DNA of 64,000 nucleotides, from NCBI GenBank assembly GCA_964016885.1, contig OZ024743.1, forward strand, positions 198,586,001-198,650,000, in the 5' to 3' direction. Source of the DNA: Eledone cirrhosa. Lineage: Eukaryota. Numbering within the stretch: position 1 is the first letter of the stretch; each line of letters opens with the position of its first letter. Position numbers and translations under genes: made by a program. Below, in pieces: positions 25,237 through 38,211 of this stretch. The notes beneath the pieces are model-generated. The model worked only from the letters and a program-made list of their open reading frames with translations, searched no databases and was not told the origin of the DNA.

Positions 25237-27584
25237 CAAACCTGAACCCTTGGAATTGATGGTAAAATCCAGTACAGGGATTCTGTGACACCTAAATCAA
25301 TAATACTGTCTCCTTAGAACAATAAGCTTTTGGTATAATGATCGAACGAGGAATATCACGTTATCAACAGGTATTTTGTTCTGCGCCAGTGTTCTGGATG
25401 ACACAGTGTTTTGTAAAAGCACACGCGTAGTTCACAGGGAAAAAAACCCCCAGATTTTCGCAAATGAATTCAGTATGTGTAAATCCATGCAAAAAATTGC
25501 ATAAATAGCACAAATCGAATAAGCTCACGACCGGATAATTTTTAAAATAAACTTATGCAATTAATCTGTCAATAGAATTATTAACAGGTTAATTGTAAGA
25601 CTCGAGAGATTAATACAAATATAAATTCAGCGAGAATCGCAATTCGGCGGGTAGAAAAAGCGAAACGTAACGCAAATTCTGAGTCTAGCTGGCAAGCGCT
25701 CCGTGGGCTAAAAATGTCCAGAGCAAATATATATATAGTAGTTCTCTCTTTGGCTTATCTCTCGAGATTTGAACAACCAACAACGGAACTTTCAAGCATA
25801 TGAGGGTGTTCTGGCTACTTTTTCTGAGTGATTGTATAGCAATTACTTCATTGTTGTTTAACTTCCTGTCAGCTCTAATACAACATAACTATAATCAAAA
25901 GCATTCCAGCTGTGATCATGCCTTCATGTACGTTATTGCCTAATATCTACTTTATTTAAGACGGTAGCTATTATTCTTAATTGGCTACCAAATAGAGGCT
26001 TCACTCAAGAAACAAGAAACAAGAATTCCTATCGAGTAATAGCCAAGGGTCGTTGAAGTAACAAATCCAAAATTTCGTATTACATGTCTGAAACACACTC
26101 ACGGAGCCCTTGATGAATTCTGAGCTTTTGAAGTAACAACTAGTTCTTTTGTCAGAGTAGCAAAATGCTCAACAACGATTCAATATGGCGATAACTTTCA
26201 CAATAATGTTGGTTATTACACCATCGGTTGCAATGATGTTTAAAATAATTGACGTTATTTGACGATGGATATGAAGCTGATATTTCCCAATTCTCACATG
26301 TTTAAGAACACGATTTGACGAAAATGGTATTTCCTCGTTTTCTCGGGTATCTTATATATTTTTTTTTTTTTGCTGTTTTCTTATATTTTAAGAAAATGCT
26401 TGGTCCTGTGATTTTAAATGTTCCATGGTCACACATCCCCATTGAAAGACAAACGCTAATTGTGTTTTCCTTATTCAAGAAACGTGGCATTTTTCTGTGC
26501 CTTAATAACTACGAACGTTCTTGTCAACTATTAGCCGCATTCTACCTTGTAATTTCTGAGAACTGTATTTAAAATTTGAAGCATCAATCGCGCGCTGAAA
26601 AAGTAAAGCAAATAATTCTTATAATTAAGAGTATTTCAATGCTGAAATTAGAGAATTTTCTTTCCTCAGAAAACAGCTATTGAACTGTCCGCATTGTATT
26701 TTATCTCGGCAACATTCCTCGTAAATCTTCGTTTTGTGTTTTAGACGTTATAAAATGGCAGAAATTCTCTTGCCTAATATTGTACTGTTGACTTGTTTGC
26801 TTACTCTAGTAATTCCAACTAATTTATCATCATTATTTCTCAGCTGTCAATTATCATACAATTTTTATGTTTAAAATTGCGAAACATTTCTTCGGTGTTA
26901 TTACAGATAATATTCCTGCGATACTGCTGCTGCTGCTGTTACTGCCGCTTCTGCTACTTCTGCTGATGAAATTGTTGTTATTGTTGATGCTGCTGTTGTT
27001 GGTGTAGTTGTTGTTGTTGTTAATCTTTGACTGGTGCTACAGTGTTATTATTGAAAATAAATACAACAAACAGCCAGGTCAAGTTTTATAGCGACACTAA
27101 TTGTCACACTCAAACACACGAGAGCAAGGAGGAAAAAGAAAAGGACAAAGAGCGAGAGAGGGAGAGAAAAAGAGAGACCATGAGTGAGAAAGAAAGATAT
27201 AGGAAGGAGAAGAAGGAGAATTGAGAGGGGGAGGGGAAAACAGAGTGAGATAGTGAGATAAATATATAAAAATACAACACAAACGAACAACAAATGACAA
27301 AAACAGAGGAAATTGTGAGTTGCGATTTATTTAGTTTTCCTTCATTTCCTTGTTAGCCAATCAAGAGCCAACAAAATGCTTTTGTGAAACCCTCAAAGAA
27401 CTCTCTAGAAATCAGCAACCATTTCTAATATAAGATGAATAGTGAAAAATATTTTTATTTTTTGTATCTTTTCGTGTTTTATTTTGTGATTAATTTTGTT
27501 TCTTCGTGTATTATTTATTTATTTATTTCCTTTAGGCGTAACAGAAATAATATCTTTTCCTTCATGATATTTCCATATATATAC

Positions 27585-27641
<57 letters not shown>

Positions 27642-28174
27642 AAAAAACACATAATACATATAAATATATTCATATATATATATAAATATATATATATATA
27701 CATACATACATATATACATGCACTTATGTGTGTGAGGGGTGCGAGGGTGCAAGCGGGTGGGTGTGGGTGTGAAGGAGTGTAAATAATTACCTAGTAGCCT
27801 TAGATGTATCAGGTATGAAATAAGAAATTTCTCACTTAAGTTCAAGCAGCCGATTGTTAAAGTTAATGGTGCAAACTCGTCGTCTTCGGTGCAATAAGTC
27901 ACCAAAAGACGAAGAAGTCGAAGTCTACTTACGCAGGATATGAAACTCAAACAAATAAAAAGAATATATATATTTAATCCGTACATTCTAACATATCAAT
28001 GATTATCTTAGAATAACTGACCCCGGATTATTTATTTGATATAAACATTAACAGATAGGTTAATCATCAATGAATCTAATTTTCAAGGTTGAACAGAATT
28101 TAAGCGAATTGAAATCGAATATTAAAGCCTTTGTTATTGATTTATTGATATCGTTGTTTTTGTTGTGAGTTAAG

Positions 28175-28392
28175 CCACGCTGGTGAATTGGCAGAAACGT
28201 TAGTGTTGGCCGTATATGTTCCGACTCTTTACCTTTCGAGGTTGAAACTTACCGTGGTAAACATAGCCTTTCATTCTTTTGGTTGTTGGTTGTCGATGAA
28301 ATATAGTTTCACTCAAGTACTTGGGTAAAATAATCACTTTCCCTCTGCTGCTTCTTATAATTGATGTATTTGAGCCTAAATTAGAAACCTTT
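28175..28392 (+). mobile_element. Degenerate SINE S1
   Basis: gaattggcagaaacgttag...gcctttcattcttt...gtcgatgaaat...gagcctaaattagaaacc. Confidence 0.55.
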
Positions 28393-29126
28393 ATTAGTTT
28401 AGTTTTAAGCGGTGGTTTCGAAGAATCGTTACATCGTCGCACAAAATGTTTTGTGGCTTTTTGTTACGACTGGCACCGTGATTCAATTAAAAATCGTTAT
28501 TATTTAGTTTTACATTAGCCTGATGAAACCTATAGTCGAATGAAACAATCCCTTAAAGAATTCAAACGTATAAAACTTTACTAAAAAAGGAGAAGAAGAA
28601 GAAGAAGAACAAGAAGAAGAAGAAGACGATGATGATGATGATCAACAACAACAATTAAAAAATAACGTATGTTCTTGATTCAAAATAGATTATGTTGACA
28701 CCTCACAGCATTTTATATTAATTTCGATTCTCTACACATAACCTACGCCCTATTGGACTCATGATCATTAGACTACGGTTTCGATTCACGATCTGGATGG
28801 TATTCTATTTGATCGATTCCAGAATGATGAAAAACACAATTGAACGCGACAGAATTAGGACTCAAATCATAAAGAACCGGAATATATACGCTCTACAGAT
28901 ACTGGCAATCGACAGGTCTCCTGTGGCTAATTAATTAACAAGGATAATAACAATTGAGAAACTTAACCTGTCATATACCAGTGACTTTCCGGCACCATGA
29001 ACATTTCAAGGTTGCAAGAGTAATTGAGATCTACATATTCTCATAAAAATTGTGGTTGTATATAGTTACGTCCCTTTGATGTTTTACAAGATTTTATAAA
29101 ATATATAATACTGAGTTCTATATAAT

Positions 29127-29628
29127 TAGGGCCGGCGCCTGGGTATTTAGCTCCCTAGGTTAGCCCTACAAATGTGCGCCCTTTTCTACCAGTTATGCAT
29201 CTCGTTCTCTCAAACAAGATAATTTTCAACTCACAGTTTGGCAAGCTGACCCAAAGTTTTGACACTTCTTGATCTGATCGCACCAACAAAATGACTAAGC
29301 CTGTTTGTCTACTGCATTGTCCACTCTCACCCACACCAAATTATTGTTACAGATCATAACATAATACGATCCTTTAAACCCTTTTGCATATTTACCCAAT
29401 GCTGCTATGCGAACGTCTCCACATCTACACGACCCTACGGCCCTCTACTCGGCTATGCAGCAAAGATATTTAGTGAATTGTTTATTGATCATAGGAGTTG
29501 ATTATATATTTTATTTAATTATACAAATTTGTATGAACCTGTGATCGGTTGCTGCTTACTCATGCTCCTCTCTGAGATGTGCGCCCTAGTCAGCTGCCTC
29601 GTTGGCCTTATTGGTAACGCCGGTCTTG
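29127..29628. mobile_element. hAT-like MITE
   Basis: Imperfect TIRs TAGGGCCGGCG / CGCCGGTCTTG, subterminal tgtgcgccc motifs, and flanking 8-mers tatataat / attataat (degenerate 8-bp TSD). Confidence 0.65.
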
Positions 29629-30533
29629 ATTATAATCATCTATTATCATTATCAGATGTTGTCTGATTTTAGCCAACGCGGTGTTTCTTGCGATATCCTC
29701 ACTGTAATTTAAACCCGTTCAATATTCGATCTTATTCATCCACGTAATACTTTGTTTTCTTCTCTCTCTCTCTTCGCATTTATTTTGTTTTACATTGACC
29801 CTCTCTATAAACGGTTTCTCACTAATTAATATCCAAAATATTTTAGATATCCCTCTTTGATGATGTCTAATAAAATGTTCTTAGTTACTGCCATTTTTAC
29901 TTCTTTATTATTGGTTCATTAACTGACCTTACCCTAAATTTTTGGCATTGTGCCTATGGAAGAAATCATTATATTATTAGTGTGAAAATAAACAGGTCGT
30001 ATTAATTGTAACCAGATAACTAATAAAGTACGTATTAAAAGAACATTTCCTGAGAATCGTTTTCAGAGATAGAAAACTATATGTGCTCTAGAAGTAAACA
30101 CTAACATTATATTGATTCCCATTGGGTGGTCTATTACTTGAATGTGCGTCACATCTTTTCGTCGGAAGTTAAATCCAAGTTTATTACTTGCTTACTGAAG
30201 CTTTTGATATGGATATAGCTTGAAGGTTGGGATTTATGGTTTGAGGATTCCGGGTAATATAAAAAATAAAAATGCAATTTGTAATAAAGATGTATACTTA
30301 CTTCCTTATTCCAATTTTTCATTCTGGCCATGTATATCAAACTATTACTCGTTTCTCTCAGACTGTCTATGTCTGGCTTTGTCAGTCACTGTTTCTATCT
30401 CTACCTCTCACTCCATCTCTCAATCTCTCTGCCTCTGTTTATCTCATCTACTGTCTCCTTTCTATGTACATATGTGTGTGCACTTCTGTATGTGTTATTC
30501 CGTGTGCTTATGTGTTTGCATGTTTGTGTGAGA

Positions 30534-30581
<48 letters not shown>

Positions 30582-30828
30582 TACATATACACATATATAT
30601 ATAAATCTGTGTGTGAATATGTGTCTGTATTTAACGTCATATATGCACATATGTTTGCAAAATGTCCTCAAATATAGCATGACTATATTCTCCACACGTA
30701 TGTGTTTTTATTTACATAAACGGTCATTTAAAATACAGGTGTTGTAAAAGTTTGATATATAGTTATGTTTGTATTACCTTATGAAAACAGTGTTAACGAT
30801 AGAGGTGACGTTGAAGATGTAGTAGTAA

Positions 30829-31410
30829 TAATTGTTTCTACTGTTGGCACAAGGCCAGCAAATTACCCAGTGTATTACTGGTACTTTATTTTATCGACCC
30901 CGTAAGGATGAAAGGCAAAGTTAACATCGGCGGGATTTGAACTCAGTCCGTAAAGGGACGTAACTATGCTGAAAAGCATAGCGTCCGACCCTCTACTGAT
31001 ACCGCCGTTGTAGTAGTAATAATGATTTCTGATTTAGACGCAAGTCCAACATGTTTGGAGGAGGGGAAATCTATAAAATCGACCCCAGTGCGCTACTGGT
31101 AGTTTATTTTATCGACTCCATAAGGATGAAAGGCAAAGTTAACCTCGGCTGGATTTGAACTGTAACATAAAGCGACGTAACTCTATGCCGAAAAACATGT
31201 TCTCCGACACTCTACTGTCAATCAATCGCCCTTTAGTAGTAATAATTGTTTCTACTTTTGGCACAAGGTCAGCAATTGTTCAGTACATTACTGGTACTTT
31301 ATTTTATCGATCCCGTAAGGATGAAAGGCAAAGTTAACCTCGGCGGGATTTGAACTCAGGGACGTAACTATGCTGGAAAGCATGTCCGACCCTCTACCGA
31401 TACTGCCAAT
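30829..31410 (-). mobile_element. Three head-to-tail SINE S1 copies (short-long-short)
   Basis: S1 core at ~30895, ~31110 and ~31305, separated by gtagtagtaataat linkers. Confidence 0.85.
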
Positions 31411-31413
31411 CTT

Positions 31414-31935
31414 GGTTGGTGTTGTTACTGTTGTTGTTGGTGGTGGTGGTGGTAGTGATGGTGGTGGTGGTGGCGTTTTTGTTGTTATTGTGGGTGGTAG
31501 TGTTGTTGTTGTTACTGTTGTTGGTGGTGGTGGTGGTGCTGGCAATATTGTTGATGTTGTTGCTGGGGGTTGGTGTTGTTGTTGTTGTTGTTGAAGTGGC
31601 AATATTGTTGTTGTTGGAGAAGTTGGGGTGGGTGGTGGTGGTGTTGTTACTGTTGTTGTTGTTGGTGGTGGTGATGGTGGCAGTGGGTGTGGTGGTGTCG
31701 TTGCTACTGTTGTTGTTGTTGTTGGTGGTGGTGATGGTGGCGATGGTGGTGGTGTTGTTACTGTTGTTGTTCGTGTTGGTGGTGGTGATAGTGTTAGAGG
31801 TGGTGTTAGCGGAGGGTAGGAGTCTTCTATGGATTGATGTGTGTGGTAGCGGTGGAAGTGGCAATATTGTGGTTGTTGTTGGGGTTGGTGGTGGTAGTGT
31901 TGTTGTTACTGCTGTTGGTGGTGTTGGCAGTGGCG
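31414..31935. repeat. GGT/GTT low-complexity tract
   Basis: Mixed (GGT)n/(GTT)n with recurring ggcaatattg and gttactgttgtt words. Confidence 0.85.
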
Positions 31936-31985
31936 TCTGAGTTAGTGGAGAATTTATGCTGTAGCATCGATCATATTTTTCGAGG

Positions 31986-32051
31986 TAATTTGAGCGAGAT
32001 TTCGGGGTAATTTTAGCGAGATTTCGATATAATTTCAGCGAGATTTCGGTG
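31986..32051. repeat. 22-bp tandem repeat, about 3 copies
   Basis: taatttNagcgagatttcgNNN repeated three times. Confidence 0.8.
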
Positions 32052-33306
32052 AAATCTCCAATGGCTGTAACTATCATATTGAAGAGCTCTTATCAATCCT
32101 GTGTTCGGTTTCCATTCACGTTTAAAGCAAATTTACTTGTCTTGTGTCATTTAATAATACTAGGAAAGACATGAGCGACAATATTTTCCATTCCCCATCC
32201 ATATGTATGGATGTATACATACACACGCATATATATATATAATCGTGTGTGTGTGTGTGTGTGTTTCGGGCATAAGCCCTTTCTCGGGTGAGAAGTGTGT
32301 GGGAAGAGAGTTCAAAGGGTGTGTAGGGAAGTGGAGAGACATATAGCGAAAAGGTGGTGGGAGGAAACGGTGCGAATGAAATTAAAAATAAAAATAAAAA
32401 TAAAGCATGATCAAAATAAAATGAAATTAAAAAGGGGTAAAACAGGTGGTGGAAGGGTGTGGGGTGTGTAGGGGTGGTGGCGGGTGGAGTGGGGAGAGGG
32501 AGACGGGGTGTAGGAGCGGGGAGGGCTGAAGGTGGTGTGTGTGTGTAGGTGTACGTGTGTGTGTGTGTGTGTGTATGTGAAATCAAGGGTTGGGGGAAGA
32601 ACGGGGTTGCATGTTCAGTAAGCGGTGTGTGTGGGGTGGGGTGTATGTCGGAGTGTGTGTGCGTGTGTGGATAGAGGGGTGGGGCGAGAGGAATCCGGAG
32701 GCTGAAGGTGTAAATATGTGGTGGAAAGCACGTGTGTGTGGGGTTTAAGCGTGTTGTGTGTGTAGGTGGCGTGTGGGAGAAAAAAATTTTTTTTGGGTGT
32801 GTGTGGGTGAATTATATAGGTGATTCCGTAAGAGGATGTGGTTGAAATGTTGGTAAACTCCTATGATGGTAGTAGATTCCACGGTGGTCAAGTTCCACAT
32901 ACGAGTATTCCATGAAGAGATGGTCGGAAGAGGAGAGATGTGGGGTGCGCGCGCAACAGGAAGTGGTCAAGGCGGTGGGAGTGCTGTGTGTCTGTTTGTG
33001 CTGGGAGGTGGTCAGAGCGCATAGCAGTAGTCGCGTGGAATGATAAAGGGGCGCGGATGGGTAGGTGTGAAAGTTGGAGTGAGGAGGGTGTGTATGTGTA
33101 TTAGTAGAGGTGTTAGTGGGATGAGTGAGTGTGGAGAAAGGGTGTGGGTGGAGCGGGGAGAGAAGGTTGTGGGGGTCGATGGAGGGAGTGTGGTGTACTG
33201 GTGTGTGTGTAGTTTGATGAAGGCGGTGTTAGTGGGTGTTAGTATACGGGAGGTGGAGAAAGGGTTGAATGCAGGTGTGAGTGGGGGTTAGTGGTGGTAG
33301 GGTGTG

Positions 33307-33349
<43 letters not shown>

Positions 33350-33359
33350 CATACATATA

Positions 33360-33780
33360 TGGTGGCTGCCAACTCGTTTTCGAGTACGCCCACTACTTTA
33401 TATCCATGTAGGAGAACCCTTACCGATGCGCTGAACGAGTGTGACATTTTAGTCCAGCCAGCGACTTGAAAACTCTGGTACAAACAGTACACTTGTGACA
33501 ATTATTGACACATAGTGCTGGGCCCATGGTACCATGTGATGACAAGTGCAGAGAGATCTCCATATATAAAGCAATGCCTGTGCCGTGAAGCTTTTATAGT
33601 GAGCAAAGGCACTGCACAAAGCCAGTCCCAATCTCTTAACCAAGATGATATTTGCCAAAAAGAAGAACAAGTCAACATCATCGGATACCATCGGGGTTGC
33701 AGGTGTTATATCAGAGTTTTCCTTCTCCTAGAATTCTGCCTTGACAAAGGCTAAGGGGTCAAGGGGTCATCTCTCCCGGA
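33360..33780 (-). mobile_element. Family R copy (truncated)
   Basis: Near-identical to 19053-19465 and starts at the same tggtggctgccaac next to a TA tract. Confidence 0.8.
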
Positions 33781-33833
33781 CATACATATATATATATATA
33801 CATACATGTCTGTAAGGCTGAGTGTGTCTCAGC

Positions 33834-33894
<61 letters not shown>

Positions 33895-34556
33895 TAAATA
33901 TAAATATAAGTGTGTGTGTGTATATATATATGTGTGTGTGTGTGTGTGTGGATTGGCGTATATGTGTGTGCTTGCATCTGTTCTTGTGTTATAGTGGGGT
34001 ATATTTAAGCGGGAAGAAATAGAGACAGGAAAATAAAAAGAATAAATGATTTTAAATATAATAAGAAATCCTACGAAAGCATATTAAAGTGTCCGCTTCC
34101 GGTCTTGTAAACACACGTCTAAAGGGGCATACACATGCACATACATGCATATACATATGCATATACACATGCACATACAGCTGCACATACTCATCCATAG
34201 ACACATGCAATATCATACAGAAAATTGATACACTCGTTCAAAACCAAACTACTGCCTTCTTCTAAAAAAAAAACATGTATTTAATAGGTTTTCCATGAAA
34301 CATAAGGATGCTCATATATACACACACACTGACATACATACGGACAAGCACACGCACTACGCACAGAAACGCACACGCACACGCACACACACTACAACAC
34401 ACACATACATAAACAAACACGCACACACAAGCGGGAAGAATGGTACTAGTAGTAGAGTTTATATATACTTTCGAGGCTAATGATTCATTCAGAATAGTTA
34501 TGTATGTCCGTGGGTGCATATTCATATATATATATATATAAATATACATATATATA

Positions 34557-34600
<44 letters not shown>

Positions 34601-34671
34601 TATATATATATATATATATATGTATGTATAAATATGTATATATATATATATTTATATATATATATATATAG

Positions 34672-34707
<36 letters not shown>

Positions 34708-34974
34708 TTATATCCATATATATATATATATAAACACACACATACACGCACACATACATGTAAACGGTGGGAGATGGCATGTATGCTGATATCATGGTAG
34801 GTGGTGTGCTCAGTATCTCCTAGCTCCACATACACAAATATAATTGCATACAAGTACACACACATACACACACACCTCTACAAATAAATATGCACTAATG
34901 TACCCTTATATTTGCAAACCCACCTACACACCTATATATATATATATATATATATGCATATATATGCATATATA

Positions 34975-35034
<60 letters not shown>

Positions 35035-35179
35035 TAAAACAATTGTATAAATTCATAAATTTATATATAAATACGCCTATATATATATATATATATATGC
35101 GTTTATATTTATATATATGTATGTATGTATATATATATATATACATATATACATTTATATTTACATAGAGAGAGAGAGA

Positions 35180-35373
35180 TATAACAAAGGAATTGTGGTA
35201 AGGAACCAGATGGACCATAACGCACCAGAGTACTCAATACTTAGGGTAGTAGGATGGGAAATAGGAGAAAGTATGACCCCGACGGCAGGGCTCAAGCCGT
35301 TTCGACGGCTATTTCTGAGTCCAGAAATAGCCGTCGAAACGGCTTGAGCTCTGCCGTCGGGGTCATACTTTTT

Positions 35374-35377
<4 letters not shown>
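35180..35377. mobile_element. Family B element with inverted partial arm
   Basis: Axis at ~35318 (tttctgagtccagaaa), with TA tracts at both ends. Confidence 0.85.
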
Positions 35378-35413
<36 letters not shown>

Positions 35414-35964
35414 TATATATATATATATATACGTTTATATTTATATATGTGCACGTATATGTCGTTGTGTGCATGTATACCTACATTCTAAATAGCCAGT
35501 CACTGTCAATTTGTCTAATATACACGGATATTAAAACCGTGCACATATTATCCTGCAAACAATCGTAGGTAGACTTATCTACAGAGACATACATGCCATA
35601 CACATTGTTTTATACACACATTTACATACATGTCAAAATAGTTGCCAGTCAAGACCCAATCATAAATATCTACATACACATACTCTCATGAGCTTAAACG
35701 CATTCACATACACACAAGCACATAAACCCATATCACGAGTATATATATATATATATTTCGTTTCTGAATTTGTTTAGCAAGATTCTTTATCTGAAAACGT
35801 GTGTTGAAACCGATATTTTTATGCTCTGGGAGGGTCATCTTGCCAATAAGAAACACACGCACCAGTTGCTTTCACTTCAATTTATTATAAATTAAATTGA
35901 TAAATTTAAGAATTTATAAATTTCTGGTTGCTTGGTTCCACAACCGGACGGTTGTTCATATATT

Positions 35965-36007
35965 GTCAAAGTTCTTTCGTCACACATTCTGTGACCTCTT
36001 CAGTGAC
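35965..36007 (-). ncRNA. Type-I hammerhead motif of family D
   Basis: GTCA-CTGAAGA-G-GTCACA-GAATG-TGTGAC-GAAA-GAAC-TT^TGAC. Stem I 4 bp, stem II 6 bp. Confidence 0.75.
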
Positions 36008-36239
36008 TGGGGATTCTTTTCTTTGTTTTTGTGCCTCTCCTTTGTTCTGTCCTACGCCATCTTGTTTTTGTGTGTGTTGTGTGCTTAGTTTGCGCATGTT
36101 ACATCCGGATGTCTGTGTGTGTTTATATTTGTTTATTTATTTGTTTATTTAAATGTTACTGGTTGGTTGTTTGTTCTATATGTGTGTGTGTTTTCATTTT
36201 GTCCTTAATTGTAAGTTGTGATGTTGCTATTCCATTCAT

Positions 36240-36647
36240 GTTTTCTATTTAATTTTGGTTGGAGTTCATTAATGTTTATTGCCTCTGTGATTTGTTTAAA
36301 CATTGCGTCTTTTTTGTGTGTAGATTCTATTTTTATTTCTATAATTTACCCTTATCTATTTTAGCATGTTGGTGGAGTACAGATGATTCTTTTCTATCTT
36401 GAAGCTCTCGCCAGTGTTCATTTATCCGTTCTCCTATACTACGAGCTGTCTCAACTATGTACACTATATTCTTATCTCTACATTGTCCCTCAGTACATCT
36501 TATGCTATATACTACATTTCTAGTTTTACAGTTAATATGGGAGCTTAGTTTACAGATTATACATTTCTTATCTATACAGGGAGGTTTTTGAAAAGGGTAT
36601 GTATTGCTAATAAGTGTTTTTATAGAGGTTTTATAAAAACACTTCAT
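36240..36647 (-). pseudogene. GIY-YIG endonuclease domain remnant (Penelope type)
   Basis: VVY...YI(G)ET.R...R..EH signature with the PLE Cys motifs. Frameshifted and lacking RT. Confidence 0.85.
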
Positions 36648-37452
36648 AAAAATACTTTATAAAAACACTTATTAGCAATACATACCCTTTTCAAAGACCT
36701 CCCTGTATAGATAAGAAATGTATAATCTGTAAACTAAGCCCCCCATATTAACTGTAAAATAGAAATGTAGTATATAGCATAAGATGTACTGAAGGACAAT
36801 GTAGAGATAAGAATATAGTGTACATAGGTGAGACAGTTCGTAGTATAGGAGAACGGATAAGTGAACACTGACGAGGGCTTCAAGATAGAAAAAATCATCT
36901 GTACTCCACCAACATGCTAAAAGAGATAAGGGTAAATTAGAGAACATAGAAATAAAAATAGAATCTACACACAGAAAAGACGCAATGTTTAGACAAATCA
37001 CAGAAGCAATAAACATTAATGAACTCCAACCAAAATTAAATGGAAAACATGAATGTAATAGCAACATCACAACTTACAATCAAGGACAAAATGAAAATAC
37101 ACACACACATAGAACAAACAACCAACCAGTAACATGTAAATAAACAAATAAATAAACAAATATAAACACACACAGACACCCGGATGTAACATGCGCAAAC
37201 TAAGCATACAACACACAGAAAACAAAGATGGCGTAGGAGAGAACAAAGGAGAGGCACAAAAACAAAGAAAAAAATCCCCAGTCACAGAATGTGTGACGAA
37301 AGAACTTTGACAATATATGAACAACCGTCCGGTTGTGGAACTAACCAACCGGAAATTTATAAACTCTTCAATTTATAAATTTAATTTATAATAAATTGGA
37401 GTGAAAGCAACTGGTGCGTGTGTTTCTTATTGGCAACATCACCTCTGAAAGC

Positions 37453-37546
<94 letters not shown>

Positions 37547-37605
37547 TATATATATATATATATATATATACAGATATATATAGATATATAGATATATATA
37601 AATAC

Positions 37606-37681
<76 letters not shown>

Positions 37682-38211
37682 AGATTTGAATGGATACAGT
37701 TTAGTTGAAAGGAATTTATTGACACGTGTTTCTATAACAGTTACATAACCTAAAACAGCTATCTACAAACTTTTAGTTATGCAGACATTCAATATTTCAA
37801 TGTTATTATTTACTGTCATTTCATCAGAATAATATTACTGAGGACCTATTTAGTTTTTATAGAGAATATTAGGAGGGAGGGGTGAAGTTGTTAGAAGAAT
37901 AGTTGAAGGAGTGGTTTTTCGATAGCAGTGAGAATTCTTGGTGGCAGTGAGTAATTAGATTTCCATCTGTTGTTTTGACATTTTTTATAGAATATATTAT
38001 TGGTTATTTTTCTAAATCTATAGAAGGATTAGAGATAGTAAAGATATGCGTGGTTGGTTTTGTGTTTGCACTTAACATTCAGACTTAAATTTTTCTTTCA
38101 AGTGTACGTATTCTTTCACCCACGCATTCACACACAAATATATTTGCACACCTCTACAAAATACATATACTCACAATTCACATATTCATACTTACATATA
38201 TATACACATGC

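Larger units (their letters stand above)
35756..37447. mobile_element. Penelope-like element family D: ~1.7-kb head-to-head inverted duplication with GIY-YIG endonuclease remnants
   Basis: Arms 35830-36625 and 36658-37440. Minus-strand ORF 36339-36647 has C..KKCIIC...NCKTRNVVYSIRC...C...YIVETARSIGERINEH. The plus arm has YIGET and RQITEAININELQPKLN. Outer ends lie in TA tracts. Confidence 0.9.

Noticed and set aside
28519-28550. CTGATGA...GAAAC hammerhead-like words
   Set aside because: There is no convincing stem I or III. Similar weak hits at ~22375, ~34470, ~51975 and ~60445 were also not called.
31986-32051. Mini repeat-spacer array
   Set aside because: It is a simple 22-bp tandem repeat with only 3-4 variable bases.
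31394-32077. Thr/Pro/Asn-rich mucin-like ORF
   Set aside because: It derives from a GGT/GTT low-complexity tract and runs into a SINE head.
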